In this document: in pieces, positions 9,836 through 20,322 of the stretch | Position numbering within the stretch: position 1 is the stretch's first letter | How the letters are laid out: each line of letters starts with the position of its first letter | NCBI GenBank assembly: GCA_009921625.1 | Contig: RFXN01000001.1 | Coordinates: forward strand, 1-51,938 | Direction: 5' to 3' | Length of the DNA: 51,938 nucleotides | Origin: Candidatus Fonsibacter lacus | GTDB taxonomy: Bacteria > Actinomycetota > Actinomycetes > Nanopelagicales > Nanopelagicaceae | Notes under the pieces: model-generated | Databases searched by the model: none | What the model saw: only the letters and a program-made list of their open reading frames with translations | What the model was told of the DNA's origin: nothing | Program-made: the position numbers and the translations under genes

Positions 9836-10978
9836 TTAAATTAAACTTAGCATTCGATCAAGGGCAATCCGAGCAAAGTGGCCCGTTCGCTCCGGAACTT
9901 TAATTTCATTGACAACTCTTCCTTCAACTAGAGATTCCATCGCCCACACCAAATGGGGTAGATCAATTCGATTCATTGTCGAGCAGTAGCAGACAGATTT
10001 GTCGAGAAAAACTATCTGCTTATCTGGATTTCCCGCTGCCAATCGTTTGACGAGATTCAATTCGGTGCCAATGGCCCATTTAGATCCGGGAGGAGCGCTA
10101 GAGACCGTTTTAATTATCTGCTCTGTTGAACCAATGATATCGGCATTGAGCGCTACCTCATGTTGACATTCCGGGTGGACGATAACTTGAACGCCAGCGA
10201 TTCGACTTCGCACATCATTGATTGAGGCAAGCGAGAAGCGAGCATGAACAGAACAGTGGCCGCGCCATAAAATCATCTTTGCTTCTCGGATTTGTCTATC
10301 GGTCAAACCACCTCGAGCTTTCCAAGGATTCCAGACGACACACTCATCAAGAGATAAACCCATTTGCAAGACTGCAGTGTTACGTCCTAAATGCTGATCG
10401 GGTAGAAAGAGCACTCGTTCACCCTGTGAAAATGCCCAGGTCAATGTTGTTTTTGCATTAGAAGAGGTACAGACCGTGCCACCATGTTCACCGGTAAAGG
10501 CTTTGATCGCTGCTGAAGAGTTCATGTATGTGACCGGAATTGTGCTTCCGGCGATCCCTAGTTCATCAAGCACCGCCCAGCATGCGGCAACTTGCTCGTA
10601 ATTTGCCATATCAGCCATCGAACATCCCGCAGCAAGATCAGGGAGAATTACTTGTTGTGTTGGTGATGTAAGGATATCTGCGCTCTCGGCCATGAAATGT
10701 ACGCCACAGAAAATAATGTACGGCGCATCGGGTCGAGCAGCTGCATCTCGAGCCAACTTAAACGAATCGCCCGTGACATCGGCAAATTCAATAACTTCAT
10801 CGCGTTGATAGTGGTGACCGAGAACAAATACTCGATCGCCAAGAGCTTCTCGCGCTGCCGCCGCGCGCTCACGCAATTGTGGATCACTGGGAGCGGGGAG
10901 CTCACCAGGGCATGAGACGCCCCGCTCACTGGAAAGGTCAGATCCCTGTCCCAGTAAGAGAAGGTCGGTAATATTCAT
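9836..10978 (-). CDS. nadA: quinolinate synthase
   Basis: GHHYQRDEV, FCGVHFMAE, AGCSMAD, HPEC, CYCSTM. Confidence 0.96.
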   Translation of the reverse strand: MNITDLLLLGQGSDLSSERGVSCPGELPAPSDPQLRERAAAAREALGDRVFVLGHHYQRDEVIEFADVTGDSFKLARDAAARPDAPYIIFCGVHFMAESADILTSPTQQVILPDLAAGCSMADMANYEQVAACWAVLDELGIAGSTIPVTYMNSSAAIKAFTGEHGGTVCTSSNAKTTLTWAFSQGERVLFLPDQHLGRNTAVLQMGLSLDECVVWNPWKARGGLTDRQIREAKMILWRGHCSVHARFSLASINDVRSRIAGVQVIVHPECQHEVALNADIIGSTEQIIKTVSSAPPGSKWAIGTELNLVKRLAAGNPDKQIVFLDKSVCYCSTMNRIDLPHLVWAMESLVEGRVVNEIKVPERTGHFARIALDRMLSLI

Positions 10979-11027
10979 GGCGCTATCTTCTCAGGTTTTC
11001 TATACCAGGGTGGGACAGAAAGAACTG

Positions 11028-11053
11028 GGAAGATTTAGAGCGCGCTGAGCGTT
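11028..11053 (+). promoter_or_regulatory. SigH/SigR-type ECF sigma promoter upstream of erpA
   Basis: GGAA-N19-GTT (ggaagatttagagcgcgctgagcgtt). Confidence 0.6.
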
Positions 11054-11084
11054 CTTGGCTATGGCAAGATTACCTATCGAACAA

Positions 11085-11114
11085 TTGAGAAAGCTTGAGA
11101 AGGCTTGAGAAGGG
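11085..11114 (+). repeat. 3 x 10-bp imperfect direct repeat
   Basis: TTGAGAAAGC TTGAGAAGGC TTGAGAAGGG, ending 10 nt before the erpA ATG. Confidence 0.8.
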
Positions 11115-11124
11115 ATATCCCACT

Positions 11125-11481
11125 ATGAGCGCAGAGGTCACCACTCCCGCCACGTCAGATGGAGTTGTTCTCTCGGAGAAGGCGGCCTCCAAGGTCAAGG
11201 CGCTTCTCGAGCAAGAGGGGCGCGATGATCTTCGCCTACGTATCGCCGTACAACCAGGAGGCTGCTCGGGCCTTCGCTACCAACTCTATTTTGATGATCG
11301 CGCACTCGACGGAGATATTCTGAAGGATTTTGGTGGCGTTGAAGTAGTGACGGATAAAATGAGTTCGCCTTACTTAATGGGTGCAACCATTGATTTTGTG
11401 GACACCATTGAGAAACAAGGTTTCACAATCGATAACCCCAACGCGAGCGGTAGCTGTGCTTGCGGAGATTCTTTCCACTAA
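11125..11481 (+). CDS. erpA: A-type Fe-S cluster carrier (HesB/IscA/ErpA)
   Basis: GGCSGLRY and DNPNASGSCACGDSF. Confidence 0.93.
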   Translation: MSAEVTTPATSDGVVLSEKAASKVKALLEQEGRDDLRLRIAVQPGGCSGLRYQLYFDDRALDGDILKDFGGVEVVTDKMSSPYLMGATIDFVDTIEKQGFTIDNPNASGSCACGDSFH

Positions 11482-11497
11482 TTAATCCATCGACTTT

Positions 11498-12496
11498 TTG
11501 AATTCACGCTCAAAGGTGAAAATCGCTATCACAGGGTCGGTCGCCACCGACTACATGATGAGCTTTCCCGGGAAGATTGCTGACTCAATAGTCATTGATT
11601 CGCTGGAAAAAATTTCACTCTCATTTTTGGTCAATAATCTTGAGGTGCGTCGAGGTGGTACGGGCGCGAATATCGCATTTGGAATGGGGATGCTTGGTGG
11701 TGCACCTATTCTTATTGGGGCAGTCGGAGAAGATTTCGCAGATTACAACTCGTGGTTAACTCGCCATGGAGTAGATACATCGGAAATATACATTTCGCAG
11801 ACTCAATTAACTGCACGGTTTACCGTGACAACAGATCAAGCGCATAATCAAATTGCATCTTTTTATCCTGGCGCGATGAGCGAGGCGCGCAATATTGAAC
11901 TCGGCCCAATCTTTGAAAAACGTAATGGGCTAGATCTGGTACTTATTGCCCCTGATGACCCAGAAGCCATGCTTAGGCATACGGAAGAGTGTCGCCACCA
12001 TAAAGTCCCGTTTGCCGCAGATATTTCGCAGACATTGGCGAGCTTAACGGGAGAGCAGATTCGTAACTTACTTATTGGTGCAAAATATTCATTCTTGAAC
12101 GAATACGAGATGGCTCTTGCAATGCAGAAGACTGGTTGGAGCCGTGAAGACTTCCTTGCCAATGTAGAAATTTGCATAACAACGCTCGGAGCAAAAGGTG
12201 CACGGATCGAATCGCAACTTTTCTCAACAATTGCTGTTGGGGTAGCTAAAGAGCGCACAAAAGTTGATCCAACGGGTATCGGGGATGCCTTCCGCGCCGG
12301 TTTCCTCTCAGCCCTTAGCTGGGGAATGGGTTTAAAAGAATGTGCCGAAGTGGGTTCAATGGTTGCCACTTATTGCCTCGAGACTCAAGGCGGTCAGGAG
12401 TATCGATTCTCGCGCGAGCAATTCATGGAGCGTTTCACAGAAAGTTACGGCGCTGAGTCTGCACATCTAGTCGGCGTGAAACTACCTAAATTTTAA
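11498..12496 (+). CDS. adoK: PfkB-family kinase, actinobacterial adenosine kinase
   Basis: TGSVATD, RGGTGANIA, DPTGIGDAFRAG; next to erpA. Confidence 0.8.
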   Translation: MNSRSKVKIAITGSVATDYMMSFPGKIADSIVIDSLEKISLSFLVNNLEVRRGGTGANIAFGMGMLGGAPILIGAVGEDFADYNSWLTRHGVDTSEIYISQTQLTARFTVTTDQAHNQIASFYPGAMSEARNIELGPIFEKRNGLDLVLIAPDDPEAMLRHTEECRHHKVPFAADISQTLASLTGEQIRNLLIGAKYSFLNEYEMALAMQKTGWSREDFLANVEICITTLGAKGARIESQLFSTIAVGVAKERTKVDPTGIGDAFRAGFLSALSWGMGLKECAEVGSMVATYCLETQGGQEYRFSREQFMERFTESYGAESAHLVGVKLPKF

Positions 12497-12707
12497 TAAT
12501 CTTGTAAGTATGTTCAGCAACTGAATCAACGCTATGTCCAGTCATTCTGGCCCATGCCTGAAGATCGCTCTCGGTTGCTGGATCATCTGCTTTAAGAATT
12601 ATTATCTCTCCAATGGAAATTTCTTTGATTGCTTTTCCCAATTGGATTATCGGAGTGGGGCAGAGCTCTCCGAGGCAGTCTAGTTCTTTCATTAAATTAC
12701 CATCCAT
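12486..12707 (-). CDS. tusA: TusA-family sulfur carrier
   Basis: LDCLGELCPTP and ADDPATESD. Confidence 0.88.
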   Translation of the reverse strand: MDGNLMKELDCLGELCPTPIIQLGKAIKEISIGEIIILKADDPATESDLQAWARMTGHSVDSVAEHTYKIIKI

Positions 12708-12717
12708 TTAATTGACA

Positions 12718-13830
12718 TTACAGCCCCGAGTCTGAACGTAATTTTTCGATAATTCCGGGCAAAAGCGCGAGAAATTTCTTTACTTCACTTTCTTGAACGC
12801 TATGTAATAGTGAGATCCGAATATTTCCATGAGTGAGTACTCCCATCGCTTTTAAAACATGGCTTGGTTCGATGGCGGAGGCAATACATGCTGACCCAGA
12901 TGCCACGGTGAAACCTTCGCGCGCTAGATGAGATACAAGTTCTTCGCCGGAGACATTGAGGAACGAGAGCGAGAGGATGTGCGGCAAGGATTGAGCGACC
13001 GCTCCACTACCTGCAATATCTACATCAGAAATTGTTTGCTTGATAACAGTTCTCATCAAATTTACCAGAGAACGAATTCGTTCTGATTCTTTTTTGGAAT
13101 CTTCGATCCATCCCGTTACTGAGGCAGCCGCTGCCAAAACTAGAGGAAGTGAGTATGAAGCTGGACTTCGGCGGGCAATGGCCGTAGTGAGTGGGTTGAC
13201 CCAGCGATGTTCGCGGTGAATCAACATGATTCCTATTCCCGAGGGCCCATCCCAACTTTTTGCAGGAAAATCTGCTGTTGACCAATAGGTAGGAAGTTTG
13301 ACGAGCGGCCCTGCTGCCGAGTAATCGAGATGTAGTTGCGCATTGAGAGAGCCAGTGAGGGCAGATAAATCTGCCAAATCTTGTCTGATACCTGTCTCCC
13401 CATTTGCTGCCTGGAGCGCAACGGTCGAATTACTCTCAATTGCCTCGAGAAAGAGATCGCGATCGATAAGCCCTTCGTGGGAGACCGGAATGATGCTCAT
13501 GGAGTGCGCTCGAGCGCCCATTGCCAAAATATCTTGCCGCTCCGTAGCGCCCGCAACAAAGTTTCCATGGGAAAAATTTGGGGCTCCCAAAATCGCCATG
13601 GGGGAGATAAGCGCAGGCTCTCCCCAGAACTCCACCTCGCCAGGCATTACTCCTAGAGCGGCGGCTATCTCTTCTCGTGCCGAATTAAGTAAATGACGCG
13701 ATTGCGAGCTAGCTTCGCCAAGGCCATCGGGGTGGGCCCATCCTCGCTCAAATGCCGCAAGGAGAACGCGCATACCGGCAGGATGGAGGGGGCGCTCTCC
13801 ATCGAAAGTCCCCGCTGTGATGAGTGCCAC
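12718..13830 (-). CDS. IscS/NifS-like protein with degenerate PLP site
   Basis: ANGETG, ASGSAC..SAIEPSHVL and NIRISL match group I cysteine desulfurases. Start GTG 13830 placed after -10 TACCGT. Confidence 0.8.
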   Translation of the reverse strand: MALITAGTFDGERPLHPAGMRVLLAAFERGWAHPDGLGEASSQSRHLLNSAREEIAAALGVMPGEVEFWGEPALISPMAILGAPNFSHGNFVAGATERQDILAMGARAHSMSIIPVSHEGLIDRDLFLEAIESNSTVALQAANGETGIRQDLADLSALTGSLNAQLHLDYSAAGPLVKLPTYWSTADFPAKSWDGPSGIGIMLIHREHRWVNPLTTAIARRSPASYSLPLVLAAAASVTGWIEDSKKESERIRSLVNLMRTVIKQTISDVDIAGSGAVAQSLPHILSLSFLNVSGEELVSHLAREGFTVASGSACIASAIEPSHVLKAMGVLTHGNIRISLLHSVQESEVKKFLALLPGIIEKLRSDSGL

Positions 13831-13888
13831 GAGGGAGACGGTACTCGTCAACTCTCTAGATGGCGAAAGGGGCGACTATCCTTTTGTC

Positions 13889-14707
13889 ATGGGTATCAGG
13901 GGTGGGATTCGGTCTGTCAGAGCTGACCGAACTAGCACGAGTAGCAGTCATTTACCCCGCGGAACTTTTGCGCTCTCCCTCTTAGCGATTGCTCTTACTG
14001 GATGCGCTTCCCAAGATCTTCCTGCGCTTGGCTATCCCCGAGGCGTCACTGACATTAACGATCGTTCGCACTTTTTATGGCAAGGCTCTTGGATCGCAGC
14101 ATTCATTGTTGGCGGCATTACTGCCGCATTAATTTTATGGGCAGCTCTTCGTTACCGGGTAAAACAAAAATCAACAGTCGGTGAATCAGAACAACTTCCT
14201 GAGCAAGTCAGTTATCACATGCCCCTTGAAGTGATGTACACCGTTATTCCATTCATTATCGTTGCAGTGCTCTTTTATTTCACCGCTAGAGATCAATCTG
14301 CAATCACAAAAATTTCACCTGCAGGGGTAGCGGTACATGAAATTGATGTCAATGCAGTGCAATGGGCTTGGCAATTTACCTATCCTGAAGCAGAAGATAA
14401 GACTGTCACGGGAACGCCTAGTAAGTATCCAACTCTTTATTTACCACTAGGCGAGCGCATTCGGATAAACCTCACCGCGTCAGATGTGGTTCACAGTATT
14501 TGGATTCCGGCATTTATGATGCAAATGCAAGCGTTGCCTTCTGTAAAGAATCAATTTGAATTTACTGCTCAAAAAGAGGGCACATATCCAGGTTTCTGCA
14601 ACATGCACTGCGGACGAAATCATTCACAGATGCGATTTACGGTGAAAGTTGTTTCGCCTGCGGAATATCAGAGCTACATTAACGCACTTAAAGGTGGTGT
14701 TGCATGA
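13889..14707 (+). CDS. ctaC: cytochrome c oxidase subunit II
   Basis: Lipobox [19 protein letters not shown], CuA motif [12 protein letters not shown]. Confidence 0.93.
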   Translation: MGIRGGIRSVRADRTSTSSSHLPRGTFALSLLAIALTGCASQDLPALGYPRGVTDINDRSHFLWQGSWIAAFIVGGITAALILWAALRYRVKQKSTVGESEQLPEQVSYHMPLEVMYTVIPFIIVAVLFYFTARDQSAITKISPAGVAVHEIDVNAVQWAWQFTYPEAEDKTVTGTPSKYPTLYLPLGERIRINLTASDVVHSIWIPAFMMQMQALPSVKNQFEFTAQKEGTYPGFCNMHCGRNHSQMRFTVKVVSPAEYQSYINALKGGVA

Positions 14708-16353
14708 CAACGTACGCCGAGCGCCCAACGATTTCCCAACCACGACCAACAGAACCCTCGCGCAAAGGTCGGTTATTCATTAAATGGGTGACAACTACCG
14801 ACCATAAAGTGATTGGTCACCTCTACCTAATCACCTCATTTGTTTGGTTCTTAATCGGTGGAATCATGGCGCTCTTTATGCGCGCAGAGTTGGCTCGACC
14901 AGGCTTGCAATTTCTCAGCGTTGAGCAGTACAACCAACTCTTCACAATGCATGGCGTCATCATGTTGTTGATGTTTGCTACCCCGCTTTTTGTTGGCTTT
15001 GCCAATGAAATCATGCCGTTACAAATAGGTGCAGCAGATGTCGCATTTCCGCGGATGAATATGCTCTCGTATTGGCTATATCTCTTCGGTGGAATCATGG
15101 CGGCCGCTGGATTCTTCACCCCTGGGGGAGCTGCGTCATTTGGTTGGACCGCTTATGCACCTTTATCAAGCGTTGAATATTCTCCAGGGCTTGGAAGTGA
15201 TCTCTGGATTGTTGGACTAGCCATTGGTGGTCTTGGAACAATTCTTGGTGGCGTCAATTTCATCACCACGATTTTCTGTTTACGCGCTCCCGGCATGACG
15301 ATGTTTCGGATGTCCATCTTTACTTGGAATACTTTGCTCACTTCAATCTTAATTCTCCTTGCATTCCCACCTTTAGCAGCAGCGCTACTTGGTTTGGAAG
15401 CAGATCGTCGCTTTGGCGCACATATCTTTGATCCTGCCAATGGCGGTGCAATGCTCTGGCAGCATCTCTTCTGGTTCTTTGGCCATCCAGAGGTGTATAT
15501 CCTCGCCTTGCCATTCTTTGGAATTGTGAGCGAAATCCTTCCGGTATTTAGTAGGAAGCCAATCTTTGGTTACAAAGGTCTAGTGGCGGCAACCATCGCA
15601 ATTGCTGCCCTATCAGTTGCGGTCTGGGCCCACCATCTCTTTACTACGGGACAAGTACTTCTGCCCTTCTTCTCCTTTATGACCTTCCTTATTGGTGTAC
15701 CAACCGGCGTTAAGTTCTTTAACTGGATTGGCACAATGTGGCGCGGGCAGGTCCACTTGGATACTCCGATGATTTGGTCGATTGGCTTTCTCATTACATT
15801 CCTTTTTGGTGGCTTAACGGGAATCATTCTCGCTAGCCCACCGTTGGACTTTGCAGTTTCCGCTTCATATTTCGTCGTAGCGCACTTTCACTACGTGGTC
15901 TTTGGAACGGTGGTCTTTGCAATGTTTGGTGGTTTCTACTTCTGGTGGCCAAAGTTCACCGGTCGAATGCTCAATGAAACACTTGGCAAAATTCATTTCT
16001 GGACCCTTTTCTTTGGCTTCCACTTAACATTCTTGATTCAGCATTGGCTTGGTATTGTAGGTATGCCACGTCGTTACGCAGATTATTTGGCCAGTGATGG
16101 ATTCACTGGCATGAATATGATCTCAACCATTGGCGCGTTTTTGCTCGCCTTCTCGACTATTCCGTTCTTTCTAAATATTTGGATTACCAAGAATGCTCCA
16201 AAAGTGATATCGGATGACCCTTGGGGTTATGGTGGATCCCTAGAGTGGGCGACAAGTTGCCCGCCTCCTCGCCACAACTTCACATCAATTCCTCGTATTC
16301 GCAGCGAGCGCCCTGCATTTGATTTACATCATCCAGAGGCGGCAGCTCACTAG
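14704..16353 (+). CDS. ctaD: cytochrome c oxidase subunit I (type A1)
   Basis: TMHG, GHPEVY, WAHH, AHFHYV. Confidence 0.98.
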   Translation: MTTYAERPTISQPRPTEPSRKGRLFIKWVTTTDHKVIGHLYLITSFVWFLIGGIMALFMRAELARPGLQFLSVEQYNQLFTMHGVIMLLMFATPLFVGFANEIMPLQIGAADVAFPRMNMLSYWLYLFGGIMAAAGFFTPGGAASFGWTAYAPLSSVEYSPGLGSDLWIVGLAIGGLGTILGGVNFITTIFCLRAPGMTMFRMSIFTWNTLLTSILILLAFPPLAAALLGLEADRRFGAHIFDPANGGAMLWQHLFWFFGHPEVYILALPFFGIVSEILPVFSRKPIFGYKGLVAATIAIAALSVAVWAHHLFTTGQVLLPFFSFMTFLIGVPTGVKFFNWIGTMWRGQVHLDTPMIWSIGFLITFLFGGLTGIILASPPLDFAVSASYFVVAHFHYVVFGTVVFAMFGGFYFWWPKFTGRMLNETLGKIHFWTLFFGFHLTFLIQHWLGIVGMPRRYADYLASDGFTGMNMISTIGAFLLAFSTIPFFLNIWITKNAPKVISDDPWGYGGSLEWATSCPPPRHNFTSIPRIRSERPAFDLHHPEAAAH

Positions 16354-16411
16354 TTCAATCAGTCACAGAAGACTCATCGAGATAACGAGTAGAGAGGCGA
16401 GGTGCAGATAA

Positions 16412-16798
16412 ATGAAATTCGGATGGCGCCTTTTTGTTGGTATTGCTGCCTTCTATGGACTGGTAACAGTTATCTATGGGCTATGGGCTAAGGAAGTAGT
16501 TGGAATTGTCGCCCTCATTCTTAGTACCTGCCTTTCGCTCTTAATTGGTTTCTATTTCTGGTTTACCGATCGCCGACTAGGCGCCACACTGCCGGAAGAT
16601 AACCTTCAAGGTGAGATTGCCGACCGTGCGGGGGAGCAGGGATTTTTTAGCCCGCACTCATGGTGGCCATTTGTTGTTGCGCTCTTTGCATCGCTGACCG
16701 GTCTTGGATTGATTCTCGGCTGGTGGTTCACTCTTATTGGCGCTTCAGCCCTCATGCTCGCCATCATGGGCTGGTCGCTCGAATACGAACGACGTTAA
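16412..16798 (+). CDS. ctaF: cytochrome c oxidase subunit IV (actinobacterial)
   Basis: PED...GEIADRAGEQGFFSPHSWWP. Confidence 0.9.
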   Translation: MKFGWRLFVGIAAFYGLVTVIYGLWAKEVVGIVALILSTCLSLLIGFYFWFTDRRLGATLPEDNLQGEIADRAGEQGFFSPHSWWPFVVALFASLTGLGLILGWWFTLIGASALMLAIMGWSLEYERR

Positions 16799-16840
16799 AT
16801 CACTTATTGAAGCATTGTATTTCCGCAGGAACAGTTCGAT

Positions 16841-18439
16841 TTAGTGGTGACCACTTTCGAGAGCTTTCACATCTTCTGCACTTGGTTTAGCAATCTGTTC
16901 GCCAAGTATTGCTTTACTTAATCGAGCCCGGACACGATATTTAATACCGCCTCGAGGTACGACACCGTTTGCATCTGCAGTTGGCGCTTCGAGGGGGAGG
17001 GCTTGCTCATGTTGAGTCAACAAGTACGCCTTCTCTGGAGAAACCGGCTCATGCACCTCGATGTATTCACCATGAGGCAACATCACTAGTCGGCCAGTTT
17101 CTCGACCATGGAGGACTAACTCGCGATCGTAGCGTTGGAGCGAGAGACAGACGCGCTTGGTAATGATGTAGGCCAGTGGCGGCAACACAATGATGCTAAT
17201 TCGAGTGCCCCACATAATTTGATTAATGCTCAATCCAAAATGGGTGGCGATGAGATCATTGCCACCATTGATAAGGGCAACAATCATAAAAGTTAATGAC
17301 ATGGCACCAATTGCCGTACGTGTTGGCACATTTCGAGGGCGATCTAAGAGGTGATGTTCGCGCTTATCTCCCGTGGCCCATGCTTCGATAAATGGGTAGA
17401 GAGCCATTCCAGTGAAAATGATTCCGGGAATTATTAACCCGGGAATAAGAATGTTCCATGAGATGGTGTAGCCAAAGGCATGTGTTTCAAGTGGTGGAGA
17501 CATTCGGACCAGGCCATCGAGCCAGCCCATGTACCAGTCAGGTTGGGAACCGGCCGAGATTTGCGTTGGCGTGTATGGGCCGAAGATCCAAATGGGGTTA
17601 ATCGATGCGAATGCTCCAAGAAATACCGTCACACCAAAGACAATAAAGAAGAATCCACCAGCCTTTGCCATATAGACCGGAAGTAATGGGTAGCCAACAA
17701 CATTCTTCTCTGTTCGACCGGCGCCAGGGTATTGGGTGTGCTTTTGATACCAGACGAGCATCAAGTGGACAGTAATAAGTGCGAGGAAAATTCCAGGCAA
17801 GAGAAGAACATGTACCGTGTAAATGCGCGGAATAAATAGCTCGCCCGGGAAATCGCCGCCAAAGGCAAAGAACGCCAAGTAAGTTCCGATAACGGGGATA
17901 GCCTGAATGATCGCTTCGGCGATACGAATACCTGTTCCTGAAAGTAAATCATCCGGTAGCGAGTAGCCCAAGAAGCCTTCAACAATTCCCAACGTGAGAA
18001 GTGCAACGCCAAAAATCCAATTCAATTCACGAGGCTTACGGAAGGCGCCTGTGAAGAAGACTCGCAATAGGTGGGCCACCATTGCGGCAAGGAAGAGCAA
18101 AGCTGCCCAGTGATGAACCTGGCGCATAAGTAATCCGCCTCGAACATCGAAGGAGATATTAAGCGTTGATTCATAGGCGGCAGACATCTTGATGCCGTTG
18201 AGCGGTTGGTATGAGCCGTTATAGACCAACTCTTCTTGTGATGGCACGAACCAGAAGGTAAGGAATGTTCCGGAGAGAAGGAGAATAATAAAAGAGTAGA
18301 GCGCAATTTCACCTAGCATAAATGACCAGTGATCAGGGAAGACTTTTTGTAGGTTCTTCTTCACCCATTTAGCAGCGCCAGTGCGCTCGTCAATGAAGTT
18401 GGCAACGCCGCCAGCGATTTTTTCACGTCGCGTGATCAT
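16841..18439 (-). CDS. qcrB: cytochrome bcc subunit b
   Basis: VFPDHWSFMLGE, RQVHHWAA, QPDWY. Confidence 0.96.
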   Translation of the reverse strand: MITRREKIAGGVANFIDERTGAAKWVKKNLQKVFPDHWSFMLGEIALYSFIILLLSGTFLTFWFVPSQEELVYNGSYQPLNGIKMSAAYESTLNISFDVRGGLLMRQVHHWAALLFLAAMVAHLLRVFFTGAFRKPRELNWIFGVALLTLGIVEGFLGYSLPDDLLSGTGIRIAEAIIQAIPVIGTYLAFFAFGGDFPGELFIPRIYTVHVLLLPGIFLALITVHLMLVWYQKHTQYPGAGRTEKNVVGYPLLPVYMAKAGGFFFIVFGVTVFLGAFASINPIWIFGPYTPTQISAGSQPDWYMGWLDGLVRMSPPLETHAFGYTISWNILIPGLIIPGIIFTGMALYPFIEAWATGDKREHHLLDRPRNVPTRTAIGAMSLTFMIVALINGGNDLIATHFGLSINQIMWGTRISIIVLPPLAYIITKRVCLSLQRYDRELVLHGRETGRLVMLPHGEYIEVHEPVSPEKAYLLTQHEQALPLEAPTADANGVVPRGGIKYRVRARLSKAILGEQIAKPSAEDVKALESGHH

Positions 18440-19428
18440 ATGTTTCGCTCCCAGAAGCTAGGTCCTACCGGTTCACTAAATGGCGCTGCGGCAACGAGGT
18501 ATCCCTCACTGTCGACCGTTATCGATAATTGTGGCAGAGGTCGCGCTGCAGGGCCAAAGATAACTTTTGCACCCGTGGGTACATCGAAAGTTGATTGGTG
18601 ACAAGGGCAGAGCAGGTGTTTTGTTTGCTGTTCATAGAGAGCCACTGGGCATCCCATGTGAGAGCAGATTTTTGAGAAGGCAATAATTCCTTCGTGCGTC
18701 CATGCCATTCGTTCAGCTGAGAGTTTAAGTTCTGACGGACGTACACGGATCAAAATTGCTGCATCCTTGCCGATATCTGAAAGCTTTCGGTGCTCTGGGT
18801 CTTTGATCTCTGGGAGAACGTGTGCAATCGCGCCAACCTCAAGATCTTCTGGCCTGATTGGCCTGTTACCCGGATCGGTAACGATTCGAACCCCTGTATT
18901 CCATGTTGTTTTGAGTAGCCGCTGCTCAGGCAGAGGTCCCAAATCGCGAAGGAGAATAATGGGGGAGAGCCCCACAAGACCGAGAGCAAGACCTAGAGTT
19001 CGTTTAATCATGGAACGACGCCCTAGTTGGACTTTGCCAGCTTCTGCCTTAACTGTCTCTACAAACGAAGCTCGATCTTCATCGCTAGATCGCATCGGAT
19101 GGCGATGGGCGATTACTTCCTCATCAGGCATTAATGTTTTTGCCCAGTGCACTGCTCCTGCGCCTATGAAGAAGAGCGCGAGACCTAAGCCAGCGCCAAT
19201 CCCAAGATTATGAGCGTTTACATTTCCAAGTAGTGGAAGGAAGACGAAAATATCTGTGGGAATAAAAATAAATGAGTAGATAAAGAGGAGCGTTCCTAGA
19301 GTTGAGAGCAGAAAGAGAATAGAGACCTGTCGCTCGGCCCGCTTCTCTGCTTTGGGATCGGTATCTGCTTTCCGGTGCACATGATGAGGAAGCCCTGGAT
19401 CTGTTAATGGTTCGATCTCGTTCGACAT
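18436..19428 (-). CDS. qcrA: Rieske Fe-S subunit
   Basis: CSHMGC and CPCHQS; internal RRS Tat-like motif. Confidence 0.96.
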   Translation of the reverse strand: MSNEIEPLTDPGLPHHVHRKADTDPKAEKRAERQVSILFLLSTLGTLLFIYSFIFIPTDIFVFLPLLGNVNAHNLGIGAGLGLALFFIGAGAVHWAKTLMPDEEVIAHRHPMRSSDEDRASFVETVKAEAGKVQLGRRSMIKRTLGLALGLVGLSPIILLRDLGPLPEQRLLKTTWNTGVRIVTDPGNRPIRPEDLEVGAIAHVLPEIKDPEHRKLSDIGKDAAILIRVRPSELKLSAERMAWTHEGIIAFSKICSHMGCPVALYEQQTKHLLCPCHQSTFDVPTGAKVIFGPAARPLPQLSITVDSEGYLVAAAPFSEPVGPSFWERNI

Positions 19429-19475
19429 ATCCTCTCCCTGTTTCCTCTCTCAAACTTCTTCTAATCCCGAATTGA

Positions 19476-20273
19476 TCAACGTGCCTTCGTTGCCAGCCAA
19501 ATTGCGATTCCGATTAAGGAACCCATGCCAAGTACCCAACCAAGAAGGCCTTCAGTTACCGGCCCAACTTTTCCGAGCGAAGCACCGGCATAATTTCCCT
19601 CGCTCTCCACGGATTTAATCCATTTGATAATTGAGAGCTTCTCCTCTGGGGTGATTGCTCGATCACCAAAAACCGGCATCGATTGTGGGCCGGTAATCAT
19701 CGCCTCATAAATATGAACTGGCTCAACGCCCATCAAAGTGGGCGCATATTTACCCGCAGTGAGTGCGCCACCTTGAGCCGCAGCGTTATGGCACATCGCG
19801 CAGTTTGTTCGGAATAACTCGCCACCTTCAGCGACATTTCCGTCGCGTTCATAATTCAGTTGTTCAGCGGTAGGGATTGCAGGTCCTGGAGCCAAGCTCG
19901 CCACATATGCTGCCAGCGCGGCAACTTGCTCTGCGTTATACACAGGTTTTTTCCGTTTCGCTTGTTGGCTCATATCGGCCATTGGCATTCGACCGGTGGC
20001 AACTTGGAAGTCAACAGATGCAGCGCCAACTCCAATCAGAGAAGGAGCAATTGCACCACCCTCGGCATTTAACCCATGACAGGAAGAGCAACCTCTTGCA
20101 AAAATATTCTTACCTTCTTCGATCAGAACAGATTTTGCATTACTTGCAGTCGCATTATTAGGTGCTGCTGCGATTGAGTAGATGCCGCCAATGAGAAAGA
20201 GTCCGAAGACCAAAAGCGCTGGCGCCATAGCGCGGTGCCTTCTTTTGCCGGTCAGCCATTTAAATAACGACAT
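19476..20273 (-). CDS. qcrC: diheme cytochrome c subunit
   Basis: CSSCH and CAMCH. Confidence 0.95.
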   Translation of the reverse strand: MSLFKWLTGKRRHRAMAPALLVFGLFLIGGIYSIAAAPNNATASNAKSVLIEEGKNIFARGCSSCHGLNAEGGAIAPSLIGVGAASVDFQVATGRMPMADMSQQAKRKKPVYNAEQVAALAAYVASLAPGPAIPTAEQLNYERDGNVAEGGELFRTNCAMCHNAAAQGGALTAGKYAPTLMGVEPVHIYEAMITGPQSMPVFGDRAITPEEKLSIIKWIKSVESEGNYAGASLGKVGPVTEGLLGWVLGMGSLIGIAIWLATKAR

Positions 20274-20322
20274 TTACGCGGCGCTCCTTCTCCCAGTTAT
20301 TCATAAATCCCGTGTATTTCCG

